Source: an uncultured Fibrobacterota bacterium (GTDB taxonomy: Bacteria > Fibrobacterota > Chitinivibrionia > Chitinivibrionales > FEN-1185). From it: 64,000 nt of DNA. Of this stretch, positions 1-9,944 are shown one piece after another (positions within the stretch are counted from its first letter, which is position 1; every line of letters starts with the position of its first letter). A program made the translations under genes and the position numbers. The notes beneath the pieces are model-generated. The model did no database searches. It was not told the origin of the DNA and was given only the letters and a program-made list of their open reading frames with translations. The stretch is taken from the NCBI GenBank assembly GCA_963729895.1, contig CAVSQB010000006.1:1-64000 (forward strand), in the 5' to 3' direction.

Positions 1-255
1 TTCCGGCGGTATCGAAGGGCGTCCCATCCGGCTGTACATCGCCTCAAAGTCACGAGAAAGGCGGCGCAGCGCTATGTCCGTAAACTGTTTGACACGACGA
101 AGCGGGTGCGTTGCCGGCACTCGGGAATCCGGAGAAACGAAGCTGAACATACCGCCTTGGGCTGGCTGGGAACCTCTCATCAATACTCCTTGGTTCGGGT
201 TCCCCTATAATATAAGGATAAATGTTTACAAAAGGGAGACTTTTTCAACACCCTG
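1..255 (-). mobile_element. IS5-family element, partial copy A (left end and 5' part of transposase, 1-183)
   Basis: Near-identical to the reverse complement of 8633-8887; ends TTCAACACCCTG followed by CTAG (256-259). Confidence 0.93.
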
Positions 256-271
256 CTAGAATTTGCTTTGT

Positions 272-393
272 GGGGGAAGTTTCCCCCGCTCCGGCCTCCT
301 CGGCCTTCGGCCTGCGGTGTCCTCCGCTACCCCCTCCTGGGTGACCCCCAAGAAAGAGTTGTTGCATGAATCAAGCACCTGCGCGGGGGCACC
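272..393 (-). repeat. Palindromic intergenic repeat: module G (GGAGGGGGT...CCGCAG..CGAGGAGGC..GGGGGAAACTTCCCCC) plus hairpin module L (GGGTGACCCC...GGGGCACCC)
   Basis: Homologous, in inverted orientation, to 62607-62739; a related copy lies at 46877-46983/48337-48348. Confidence 0.7.
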
Positions 394-517
394 CACGAGC
401 AATTGAAAACAGCCTGTTGAAAAGTTGAAGAGTTGAAAAGGAACCCGTGGTTGATTTCCAGCTTACACCAATTGGCGCGAGATGAATTATTTGACTGATA
501 AGACTTCGCGTTGCCGC

Positions 518-720
518 GCGCCAGGCCGGACTGGAAGGTGCGCAAAAGCGCAGTACTGCCTGACCGCGGCGCGGTTGTCGAGTGCCGCTCCCCTCGATAC
601 ATCCCTGCGGGACACTCGGGGAGCGGCGTATCGAGACAACGCGCCTTGGCGGCAGGCAGCACCGAGGCCTTCGGCCGAGCCTGAAAGGAGGGCCGCCGTC
701 CCGATGGGGACGGGGCGCCC
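518..720 (-). repeat. Structured repeat module F (GGGCG...GGCCCTCC...CCTRRCGC) with a nested GAGTG/GTATCGA double hairpin (574-640)
   Basis: Closely matches the reverse complement of 13985-14216; family has 7 full copies in the window. Confidence 0.85.
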
Positions 721-747
721 ATCAAATTCTGATAAAATTCTATTAAA

Positions 748-3438
748 TCAACCCATCTCGGAAATGATCTCCCTCAGACACTCCACTATCTGGTCCGCGG
801 TTGAATAGGGCGTTATCTTTCCCGCGTCGATGAGGCCCTGAAACGTGAGGGGCATCCCGAAGGTGATGGTAGGCGGGGCCTTCTTTCCGGAAGAGAATTT
901 CGGCAGGCCGCCCAAAGGCCACACGTCAATGGTTCCCCGCACCCTTACCGGCACAACGGCGGCGTTGACATCGAGCATCAAAAGGCCCGCGCCGGACTTG
1001 AATTTTCTCAGTTCCCCGGTCCTTGAGCGACCCGATTCGGGGAATACCAGCAGGTTGTTCCCGTCGCTCAGGACCGAAATCGAAAGCTTGAGGATGTTCA
1101 CCACGTCGCCCTCGTGCTTGACGGGTACAATAGTGCGGCCCAGCAAGGCGCGAAGCGGCCGGGGAAACAGGTCTTTTCCTCCAATGATGTACGTTTTCCG
1201 CCTGAGCTTATGGGGAAGCGAGTACATAACCCACAAGGGATCGAGCGGGCTTTGCCGGTTTGCGCAGAAGAGCAGCGGCCCGGCGCCGGGAAGATCATCG
1301 GTCCCGGCGGAGGAAACGTTCCACAACGCGCTGGTCGCCGCGCTGGCAACCAGCGGCAGCGCAACGGGCACCGCCGCTTTCGAGGGGTAGCGCACGAGAA
1401 CTTTCGAGCGGACAATGCGCTGTTTTATGTCCTGCACGGTCTCGGCGCAGCCCGTGGAACCGGATCCCGAGATCAGGTCGAGCGTGGTGGTGTACAGGTC
1501 GCCGAGAGTTTCCATCTTGACAAGGTCCTCATCCGAAAAAACTATGCAGAAATGCCGCTCCACCATGCACGCCAGATCGAGCTGTTTCATGGAATCGAGG
1601 CCCAGGTCGAGTTCGAGGTTGAAGAAAGGCGGCATGGATGCATGTTCGCTCCGGTTTGCCACTTTCGCCGCGAAGGAGACTATGGCGCGGTATTCCCCGG
1701 TCTCCATGAGAGTGCTCTCGGCTGCCGAAATTGCCTGTTTCGCCTTTCTCTCTCCCCCCGATTCCTTCAAAGCGTAGTACTGTTCGCGCAATTCATGCTT
1801 CTTGAGCTTTTTTGACGTGGTCCTCGGCAGCGGATCGTATACCACGGCAAAATCGGTGATTTTCTTGTACGACGGCAGGTCGCGCCCAAGCCTGAGCACC
1901 TCGTTACGGACGATTTCCGTTGCCTCGGTTTGGCTGTGGTTTCTCCTGATGTCCCGGGCGGGTACGATGAGCGCGGCGGCGATTTCTTTTCCTTTGAGCG
2001 TTGCCGAAAACACGCCGATTTCCTCAATGGAGTGCGACGCGGCGTAGAAATCTTCGAGCTCGTCCGGATACACGTTCTTCCCGCTGTCAAGAACGATAAT
2101 GTCTTTGATCCTGCCCGAAATAAAAATAAACCCGTCCGTGTCGATCCTGCCGAGATCGCCGGTGTGAAACCAGCCGTCCGCGTCAAAAACTTTCTTCGTG
2201 AGCTCCGGGTTGTTGTAATATCCCGAAAAGACGTTTGTTCCCCGGAAGCACACTTCGCCGACGCCGGAAGCATCCTGTTTGTCGATTCTTACTTCGTTGT
2301 CGGCGAGCGGAACGCCCACGCTTGCCGGTTTTGGCTTGTCAATCGGGCACAGGGTGACGGCGCCGAAGGTTTCCGACAGGCCGTACCCTTCAACGATGTT
2401 GAACCCCATGAGCCTGAACCCGTTGAAGATGTCTTTCCGGATCGATGCGCCTCCCGAAATGATCACGCTCAGCCTGCCGCCAAAGCCCCGGTGGACGGCC
2501 GAAAAGAGCCGTGCGCGGAATCTCTGGCCCGCACACCGCCCGAGGGTCAGTGATATCAATTTCATGGCTGCAAACAGCACCCGTGCCGCCGTTCCTTTTG
2601 ACTTCACATTTTGATTGACGGTGTTGTAGAACAGCTGGAGCATCTTGGGGACCGCAGGGAGCATGGACACGCGCTTGTCGCGGAGTCCTTCCGCGATGAG
2701 AGAGCCTTTTACCGTGGGGATAAGCACAATGTCAAGCCCGCCGCCGAGCGCGCCGGGCAGGCACGCGCAGGCGCCGAACACATGGTGCAGGGGAAGCACG
2801 GCCATCATGGTGTCGCCCGGGCCCACGCGCATGCGGGGAATGGCCGACAGGGAAATGGCGGTAAAATTCCGCTGGCACAGCACGACGCCTTTTGCTTTCC
2901 CGGTCGTCCCGGAAGTAAAGATAATGACGGCCGGGTCGTCGGGCGAGAACGGGCGCAGGAAAACATCCTGGTTGGGATCGCCTTCACCCAGAAACCGGCT
3001 GAAGGCCGCGTCCGGGTCGTGGTGACGCTCGTCGTCCGCCACAACGCGCACAATGCAATCGAATTCCGATTTCATCTCCCCGAAAAGCGCGGCGAAGTTC
3101 CTGGAACAAAACACGAATTTTGGCCGCGTCTGCGACACTATTTCCCGGATTTCCGCGGTGGGAAGGTTGGGATCGACCGGAACGGTCCTGCCGCCGGCCA
3201 GGAACCCGGCATGCCAGGCAAGCACCCATCCGGGCGTGTTGTCGCCGATCACGACAAGGTTATCGCCGTCTAAAAAACCGTGCTTCCCGAGCGCGGAAAC
3301 GAGACGGTTGAGGTCCCGGTGAAAGTCGGCATAGGTCCAGGTGAGGTATTCGCCGTTTCTCTTGATGTGCATGCAGGGGCGGGAAGCGTTCGCGACGATC
3401 GATTGGTGCAGAAGGTCCGCGTACACGCGTGGGTTCAC
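748..3438 (-). CDS. Long-chain acyl-CoA synthetase (AMP-binding) fused to acyl-carrier and PlsC-type acyltransferase domains
   Basis: IIFTSGTTGKAKG, EGYGLSE, FHTGDLG; LGLDS phosphopantetheine motif; C-terminal NxxSxxD and FPE-x-x-RS motifs. Confidence 0.92.
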   Translation of the reverse strand: MNPRVYADLLHQSIVANASRPCMHIKRNGEYLTWTYADFHRDLNRLVSALGKHGFLDGDNLVVIGDNTPGWVLAWHAGFLAGGRTVPVDPNLPTAEIREIVSQTRPKFVFCSRNFAALFGEMKSEFDCIVRVVADDERHHDPDAAFSRFLGEGDPNQDVFLRPFSPDDPAVIIFTSGTTGKAKGVVLCQRNFTAISLSAIPRMRVGPGDTMMAVLPLHHVFGACACLPGALGGGLDIVLIPTVKGSLIAEGLRDKRVSMLPAVPKMLQLFYNTVNQNVKSKGTAARVLFAAMKLISLTLGRCAGQRFRARLFSAVHRGFGGRLSVIISGGASIRKDIFNGFRLMGFNIVEGYGLSETFGAVTLCPIDKPKPASVGVPLADNEVRIDKQDASGVGEVCFRGTNVFSGYYNNPELTKKVFDADGWFHTGDLGRIDTDGFIFISGRIKDIIVLDSGKNVYPDELEDFYAASHSIEEIGVFSATLKGKEIAAALIVPARDIRRNHSQTEATEIVRNEVLRLGRDLPSYKKITDFAVVYDPLPRTTSKKLKKHELREQYYALKESGGERKAKQAISAAESTLMETGEYRAIVSFAAKVANRSEHASMPPFFNLELDLGLDSMKQLDLACMVERHFCIVFSDEDLVKMETLGDLYTTTLDLISGSGSTGCAETVQDIKQRIVRSKVLVRYPSKAAVPVALPLVASAATSALWNVSSAGTDDLPGAGPLLFCANRQSPLDPLWVMYSLPHKLRRKTYIIGGKDLFPRPLRALLGRTIVPVKHEGDVVNILKLSISVLSDGNNLLVFPESGRSRTGELRKFKSGAGLLMLDVNAAVVPVRVRGTIDVWPLGGLPKFSSGKKAPPTITFGMPLTFQGLIDAGKITPYSTADQIVECLREIISEMG

Positions 3439-3439
3439 G

Positions 3440-4672
3440 TCAGCCTCCGGAAGCTTTCCGCTCCTTCACGAACAAGGCGACGGTGAGAAACGTGCAGGCG
3501 CTCATGCATGATCCGAAAATAAAAGGGGCCGCGGGCGCAATGGAAAAAAGAAATCCCGCAACCACGCTTGCCGGAAGAAGTCCGATGCCGACGATGGTGT
3601 GGAAGAACCCCAGCGCCGTCGCTTTGGACCCGGCCGGCGACAGGTCTCCCACAAACGCCTTTTCCACTCCCTCGGTCATCGCATAATAGACTCCGTAGGC
3701 GATCCAGAAAAGCCACAGGAGCCCGGAATATTCCCGTGTGACAAGACCAAAGCAGCCGTAGACCGCGGCGTACAGCGCGTATCCGGCCAGCAGAATCTTC
3801 CGCCTGCCCACGGCGTCGGACAGTGTGCCGAAGAATCCGGACAACAGTGTCGATGATACATTGAAGGCAAGATACATGAGAATAACGCCCGGCAGCGCCA
3901 CGCCGAGGTTCATGCTGCGCAGGAGGAGAAACTGGTTCGACGAGTTGCCGAGCGTAAAGAAACATTGCGCGAGGAGGAACAGCCTGAGGCTGCGGTCGTA
4001 TTTTCTTAAATCGAGGTTCGGCCTGGGCTTCTCTTTGGCCTGGTCCGGCTGCCGGCGCGTTTCCTTGACAAAAAACAGGAATACCACGCCGATAAACGCC
4101 GGCACGACGGAAATGCCGAACAGGAAATAGAACACGTTGATGTCACGAAGAGTTTTTGAAAGCGGATCGATGGATTTCAGGCACACAAGGTAGCAAACGG
4201 CAACGCCGAGCGTCGCACCGGCAAAATCCATGGCCCGCTGTAACCCGAATGCCGCGCCCCGGCGGTCCTTCTCCGTGGATTCGTAAATAAGCGCGTCCCG
4301 CGGGGCGGTGCGGATGCCTTTGCCCACCCTGTCGAAAAACCGGGAAATCAGGACAAAGTACCAGCCCGCCGAGGCGAGGAACAGAAGCAGTTTTGAAAAA
4401 GCCGACAGTCCGTAGCCCGCGATGGCCGGTGCTTTGCGAAGCTGAATTCTGTCGGAGTAGTACCCGGCAAACACCTTGAGCAGGCTTGCCGTGGATTCCG
4501 CAACTCCCTCTATAATGCCCAGCGCCGGTCCCACAAGCGCCTTGTGCGAAGCGAGAACCGTTGACACAAACGCCTGGATAAGCGGATAGAGCATCTCGGA
4601 CGAGACGTCGGTGAAGAACGAGGTGAGGCCGGTGAGGATGATATTGCGATTATAGTTTATTCTTATATTCAT
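3440..4672 (-). CDS. MFS transporter
   Basis: 410 aa with about 12 hydrophobic segments; GYYSDR and GTLSDAVGRR motif A; DRVGKGIRTAPRDALI. Confidence 0.92.
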   Translation of the reverse strand: MNIRINYNRNIILTGLTSFFTDVSSEMLYPLIQAFVSTVLASHKALVGPALGIIEGVAESTASLLKVFAGYYSDRIQLRKAPAIAGYGLSAFSKLLLFLASAGWYFVLISRFFDRVGKGIRTAPRDALIYESTEKDRRGAAFGLQRAMDFAGATLGVAVCYLVCLKSIDPLSKTLRDINVFYFLFGISVVPAFIGVVFLFFVKETRRQPDQAKEKPRPNLDLRKYDRSLRLFLLAQCFFTLGNSSNQFLLLRSMNLGVALPGVILMYLAFNVSSTLLSGFFGTLSDAVGRRKILLAGYALYAAVYGCFGLVTREYSGLLWLFWIAYGVYYAMTEGVEKAFVGDLSPAGSKATALGFFHTIVGIGLLPASVVAGFLFSIAPAAPFIFGSCMSACTFLTVALFVKERKASGG

Positions 4673-4681
4673 AGATAAAAT

Positions 4682-4833
4682 GGGCGTTTCCCGGCCGCGC
4701 TGACCCTACGCGCCGCCGGGTCGGCCCTCCTTCCGGGCTCGGCATTTGCCTCGTTGCCGGAACGCCCTATGCCTGTCGGCCGGGTCGTCCGGCAATCCCG
4801 CTTTGGCGGGACCGCTCCAGTCCGGCCTAACGC
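4682..4833 (+). repeat. Structured repeat module F
   Basis: GGGCGTTTCCC...GGGTCGGCCCTCCTTCCGGGCTCGG...CCAGTCCGGCCTAACGC. Confidence 0.8.
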
Positions 4834-5015
4834 AAGAAACATTGACGCGAAAAGTACTCTGCATTTTCCCCATCAGTGGCGCAGCTGCGGCCGGAAGGCT
4901 TGGGGCGAGGACGAGTCCGCATTTCTCGGAGAGAAATGCTATTCGATATCATTTCCCTTGTTCCGCAGCCCCGGAAGTACCCGAAGGGGTAAACTTCCCC
5001 CCAATGAATAATTTA

Positions 5016-5969
5016 CTATTGAGGATCATACTCCAGCAGCGTCTTGACATGCGCGTGTACCGCGCAGGCCAGATCCTCCGGCGTGTAGCCGCCTTCGAGC
5101 ACCGAAACAATTCTGTCTCCGCAGTGCTCATGCGCGATGTCCATTACGATGCGCGTAAGCGCCGCAAAACCGCCGTCGGTGATATCGAAGCACCCGAGTT
5201 TGTCATTTGCGCGGCCGTCGAATCCGGCCGAGATCAGCACGAAATCCGGTGCAAAGGCATTGGCCCGCGGTGTGAGCACGCTGTTGAATACCTCTATGAT
5301 GTCATCGTCGCCGGTGCCGCACGGCAGGTGTACGTTGATGTTGAATCCGAGGCCACGTCCGCTTCCCTCTTTGTCCGGATGGCCCGTGCCCGGATAGGCG
5401 AGGGCGTAATGCGTGGAGAAATACAGCACGGTCGGGTCCTCGTAGAATGCGGCCTCGGTGCCGTTGCCGTGGTGAAAGTCCCAGTCGACGATAAGGACCT
5501 TTGCCCATTTGCAAACATTCTGGGCGTACCGCGCCGCTATCGCGACGTTGTTGTAAAAACAGAAGCCCTCTTCCCGGCCCGTGTTGAGCGCGTGATGCCC
5601 GGGCGGCCGCATGGCGCAGAACGCATTGCGCGCGCCGCCCTCGCACACGGCCTTGACAGCCGCAAGAGCGCCGCCTACGGCAAGGTCGGCGATCGGACCG
5701 ATGGTTCTTGTCCCCTGGATGGATTTGACGTGCGCATCGGTGTGGATTTTCCGGATGTGGGAAACAACGCCGGCGAGCGGGGAGAGCCTGAGGAGCTTTT
5801 TGTCAAGCCCGGCCTCCGCCATCTTCGCCTTGATCGCCGCCAGACGCTCGGGGCTTTCCGGGTGGCCAAAGTCAAGCTCGTAGCCCATGCAGGCGTCTTC
5901 GAATACGTAGCCGGTGACGTGCGGGAGCGGCGAGGATTTTGCCGCAGGCTTTGCTTTCTTCCTTGTCAT
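5016..5969 (-). CDS. Histone deacetylase family (AcuC/AphA-like) Zn deacetylase
   Basis: HPESPER, RPPGHHA, GFCFYNN, DWDFHHGNGT, SAGFD, LEGGY. Confidence 0.95.
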   Translation of the reverse strand: MTRKKAKPAAKSSPLPHVTGYVFEDACMGYELDFGHPESPERLAAIKAKMAEAGLDKKLLRLSPLAGVVSHIRKIHTDAHVKSIQGTRTIGPIADLAVGGALAAVKAVCEGGARNAFCAMRPPGHHALNTGREEGFCFYNNVAIAARYAQNVCKWAKVLIVDWDFHHGNGTEAAFYEDPTVLYFSTHYALAYPGTGHPDKEGSGRGLGFNINVHLPCGTGDDDIIEVFNSVLTPRANAFAPDFVLISAGFDGRANDKLGCFDITDGGFAALTRIVMDIAHEHCGDRIVSVLEGGYTPEDLACAVHAHVKTLLEYDPQ

Positions 5970-6111
5970 GATAACATCCTCGAAAGGAGGGAAGATTATT
6001 ATTGAACTGAAAATAATGTTTCTGCGACTTTAATAATATACGAAACGCGAAAACCAAGACAATGGTATTCACCAATGTCCAGGTTGGGATAAGACAAGTC
6101 AGGGGCGATGC

Positions 6112-7422
6112 ATGAAAAGGGTCGGGAAGTTTCTTGAAACATTGGTTTCTGCAACCGCGGTTTTTCTTCTTGTGAATCCTGCACGAGCCCAGGACCTATA
6201 TCCGCCCACCCTCAAAGTCCCTGTCACCTTCTACGATTTCCATTCCGACGGCTCGAACCAAGATTTCAATTTGGGCAACAATCCTGCTGTTATTCTTCCC
6301 GGTATGGTGCAGTCCACGCTGGACTCAGCCGGGTTGCCTGTTGGTACGACTGCGTATTTGTACAGTTGGGGCATCGGGAAATGGTTCAGGCCCTGGAAGC
6401 AAAGTCTTTTGGGACAGTGCAGCGATTTCGCGAGGCCGGCATATGCCGACGGTGGCCGCACGGTCGCGGCCGTGAACACGGTCGGTTACGACACGTCCTA
6501 CAAAAATGTTAAGATTCCCGACACCCTGGTATTCACCTATGATTCCAGTTCACCGGGCGTCTATGAATACGCAGACACCGGTTTTTTCCCGCTTGACAAT
6601 AAGGGGTTCGGCAATGAAGGACTTGCCCACAATTATTCGTTTGCGGCGGTGATTCATCGGGAAATTCAATACCGGCAAGGTTTGGCCTATTATTTCCAGT
6701 CAAGCGACGACATGTGGGTCTTTATTAACGGCCACTTGGTCCTTGACCTCGGCGGCATTCATGGCGCCACCGCGGGCCAATTCAATCTCGACAATTTTGC
6801 CGCGGCGCTGGGATTGTCCCCGGGCGATTCTGCGGCCCTTGACATTTTCTGGACGCAAAGAAGCGGACAGATGTCGGGCGTGAAGTTGAGCACGAACATA
6901 GTTACTGCTTGTCCAGTAAAGCTCCTCACACTTTTCTTTCCGAACGATACCGTGGTAATGGGCGACAGTGTGGTCCGTGACGTAAGTGGTTTGTCCAATA
7001 TTAATGGTCACTGTCCAAACCCCGACTCGGCAATACACTGGAATTTGTCACCCATTGGTACTCCAAGCACACTTAGCACGACGACAGGGCCGACTATCAC
7101 ATTTTATGCGAGGCAGGCGTATACAACCTATATCATCGGGTTGTCGGCTGTGCTCAAATGTCCGAATCCATGCGGTTTTTCCGATACGCTGGCAAGTGCG
7201 GATACAATCTACGTTAGACCGCCGGTGAGCAGTATTTACATGAAGGAACCAGGGGTCAGGAATGCGAAGAATAAAAATGCAATTGCGTATTTCAACCTGC
7301 GCGGGCAGAGACTTTTTCCGGATGAAACCAATCACATCAATGGTGTCGTGCTGGAACGAATCATTGCGCCGGATGGCAAGGCAAATATCAGAAAAATCAT
7401 TCTCGAAATGGATTCCAGATAG
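6112..7422 (+). CDS. Secreted fibro-slime (PA14-like) domain protein
   Basis: Signal peptide; FFPLD..GFG, HNYSF, SDDMWVFINGHLVLDLGGIH; C-terminal YFNLRGQRL tail. Confidence 0.88.
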   Translation: MKRVGKFLETLVSATAVFLLVNPARAQDLYPPTLKVPVTFYDFHSDGSNQDFNLGNNPAVILPGMVQSTLDSAGLPVGTTAYLYSWGIGKWFRPWKQSLLGQCSDFARPAYADGGRTVAAVNTVGYDTSYKNVKIPDTLVFTYDSSSPGVYEYADTGFFPLDNKGFGNEGLAHNYSFAAVIHREIQYRQGLAYYFQSSDDMWVFINGHLVLDLGGIHGATAGQFNLDNFAAALGLSPGDSAALDIFWTQRSGQMSGVKLSTNIVTACPVKLLTLFFPNDTVVMGDSVVRDVSGLSNINGHCPNPDSAIHWNLSPIGTPSTLSTTTGPTITFYARQAYTTYIIGLSAVLKCPNPCGFSDTLASADTIYVRPPVSSIYMKEPGVRNAKNKNAIAYFNLRGQRLFPDETNHINGVVLERIIAPDGKANIRKIILEMDSR

Positions 7423-8632
7423 TACTGAATGGGTGAATCCATGGGGAAAAAACAATTCATAAAATTCTTGTCAGTGACAATTTTGGTCTGCGCCAATTAC
7501 GTTTGGCCGCAGACCGTGTATCCGCCGATTATAAGTGTCCCGGTGACGTACTTCGATTTCCATCCCGACGGCTCGTGCCCCGACATAAACCCCGGCGCAA
7601 ACCCCTCGCTGCTGCTATGGCACATGGTTGCCGACACGCTCGGCAGCGACAGCCTTCCTGTGCGGGGCGATTCCATATTGTACAGCTTTGAGGTGGGGAA
7701 GTGGTTCAGGCCCTGGCGGCAGGGCAACGATTTTGAAAGGCCCGTGTATACCCAGAACGGACGCGGCGTGGCGAGTCTTTCCACGGCCCTGTTCGACACG
7801 TCGTACAAAAACATGGTTTACAACGATACGCTGACGTTCACCTACGTTGCCGGCTCGGCCGGTCTGTACCGGTATTCGAGCTCCGCGTTCTGGCCGCTTG
7901 ACAACAGGGGATATGGCAACGAGCCGGCGAAAGGGCACAACGGAACGCTTATCAACCCGGCTCCGCACAACTACTCCTTTGCCATGCACCTGCGGAAGGA
8001 GTTCAGGTATGCGTCCGGCCTCACCTTCACCTTCGGCGGCAATGACGACATCTGGGTGTTTATCAACCGCAAACTCGCGCTTGACCTGGGGGGAATCCAT
8101 GCAGTCGCCCTGGATTCCGTCGTCCTTGATTCCGTCAACGCTTCAAGGATGGGGCTTGTCAAGGATAGCATCTACGGTTTGGACGTCTTCTTCGCCGAGA
8201 GACAGGCAGACCAATCCACCGTTTTGCTTACCACCCAGGTTTTCACATACGAGCCGCGCCCGTATGCCGTATCGTTGAAGATTTTTCCGGAATCGGACAC
8301 GCTGACTGCGAGAGGAGATTCCATACCCATGTTCGTGGTCGTTGCGGACTACACCGGCGCCCAAAGGACCGACCTTGAGGCTCTTGTGCAGTGGACCATA
8401 ATCCCGTCAAGCACCCTCGATCACCTGAAAAACGCCCAGGGCGGTACGAACATGTTCTACGAGTTCAATCCCTATGCGATGTGTCAAGTTGTTGTCGAAT
8501 ACCAGGACCCTTCAGCATCGTGGTACGGGCTCTATGACACGTGCAGGTTGCATATCCGGCTTCCTTCGGTGACACACAAATTGTGCATTGAGTCAGACAC
8601 CGTTAATTGCTCTGGCTCGGGCGTCCCACTAG

Positions 8633-9944
8633 CAGGGTGTTGAAAAAGTCTCCCTTTTGTAAACATTTATCCTTATATTATAGGGGAACCCCAACCAAGG
8701 AGTATTGATGAGAGGTTCCCAGCCAGCCCAAGGCGGTATGTTCAGCTTCGTTTCTCCGGATTCCCGAGTGCCGGCAACACACCCGCTTCGTCGTGTCAAA
8801 CAGTTTACGGACATAGCGCTGCGCCGCCTTTCTCGTGACTTTGAGGCGATGTACAGCCGGATGGGACGCCCTTCGATACCGCCGGAATGGCTTTTGAAAG
8901 CACAGATATTGATGGCTTTGTTTTCGATACGGTCGGACCGGTTGTTTTGCGAGATGCTGGACTATAACATTCTGTTCCGATGGTTTCTTGACATGGATCT
9001 GGATGCGGCATCGTTTGATCATAGTGTGTTTTCGAAGAACCGAGATCGACTTATGGAACAGGAGATTGCGCACCGGCTGATGCAGGAAATCGTGCGTCTT
9101 GCTCGTTCCGAAGAGTTGTTGTCCGATGAGCATTTCACGGTTGACGGCACGTTGATTGAAGCCTGGGCATCGATGAAGAGCTTCAAGCGAAAAGACGCGG
9201 AATCGGCGAACAAGACTGACGATGATCGGAGTAATCCGTCGGTTGATTTCCACCATGAGAAGCGAAGCAATGAGACACATCAGAGTTCGACCGATCCAGA
9301 GGCGCTGTTGGCTCGGAAGAACAAGAGAACGGGAGCGCAGCTGGCGTATTCCGGTCACGTGCTGATGGAAAACCGAAATGGGTTGTGTGTTGATATCGCC
9401 ATTGCGCCAGCGACGGGGACAGCGGAACGGGATATGGCGCTTGAGCTGATAAAGCATGAACGCAGGCGCGGAAAACGCCGGATGAAGACGGTGGGTGCAG
9501 ACAAAGGGTATCATGCAACCGAATTTATCAAGAGCCTGCGACGCCTGCACGTGAAGCCTCACATTGCCGAGAAGGCCAACACTTCGCTTAAAGGGTTGGA
9601 TGGAAGAACGACTCGGCATAAGGGATACAGCGTAAGTCAACGGAAACGAAAACGGGTTGAAGAGATATTTGGGTGGATCAAGAGCGTCGGTGGCCTGCGG
9701 AAAACTCGGGTAAGAGGAATACGAATCAACCAGACTGTTGCCTACGTGGTTGCCGCAGCGTACAACTTGATACGCATGGTTAAGTTGATGCCGCAAACGG
9801 TGGGGGCAGCATGAGAATGGCCTGGGAATCCGGGGAAATGCCTCGGAACGAGGCAGGTAAAACCTCTCTGACATATGTAAAGTTGAAGTTAGGTTCATAA
9901 AAAATCAACAAGAGCGCTTCTGTTAGGACTATTTCAACAACCTG
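8633..9944 (+). mobile_element. IS5-family element copy B (1312 bp)
   Basis: IRs CAGGGTGTTGAAAAAGTC / GACTATTTCAACAACCTG; CTAG duplicated at 8629-8632 and 9945-9948. Confidence 0.96.
8705..9814 (+). CDS. IS5-family DDE transposase
   Basis: GRPSIPPE, VDGTLIEA, ADKGY, RKRVEEIFG, AYNLIRM. Confidence 0.95.
   Translation: MMRGSQPAQGGMFSFVSPDSRVPATHPLRRVKQFTDIALRRLSRDFEAMYSRMGRPSIPPEWLLKAQILMALFSIRSDRLFCEMLDYNILFRWFLDMDLDAASFDHSVFSKNRDRLMEQEIAHRLMQEIVRLARSEELLSDEHFTVDGTLIEAWASMKSFKRKDAESANKTDDDRSNPSVDFHHEKRSNETHQSSTDPEALLARKNKRTGAQLAYSGHVLMENRNGLCVDIAIAPATGTAERDMALELIKHERRRGKRRMKTVGADKGYHATEFIKSLRRLHVKPHIAEKANTSLKGLDGRTTRHKGYSVSQRKRKRVEEIFGWIKSVGGLRKTRVRGIRINQTVAYVVAAAYNLIRMVKLMPQTVGAA

Noticed and set aside
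4824..4833. Integron attC sites (GCCTAAC at the ends of module F)
   Set aside because: No matching GTTRRRY at the far end of a palindrome, no cassette array and no intI.
4746..6005. Long opposite-strand ORFs (also 13495-14715, 21100-22491, 23370-24905, 31672-32886)
   Set aside because: GC-rich shadow ORFs overlapping well-supported genes or repeats.
8678..9898. 406-aa antisense ORF in each full IS5 copy
   Set aside because: Shadow of the transposase with no recognisable motifs; conserved only because the copies are near-identical.
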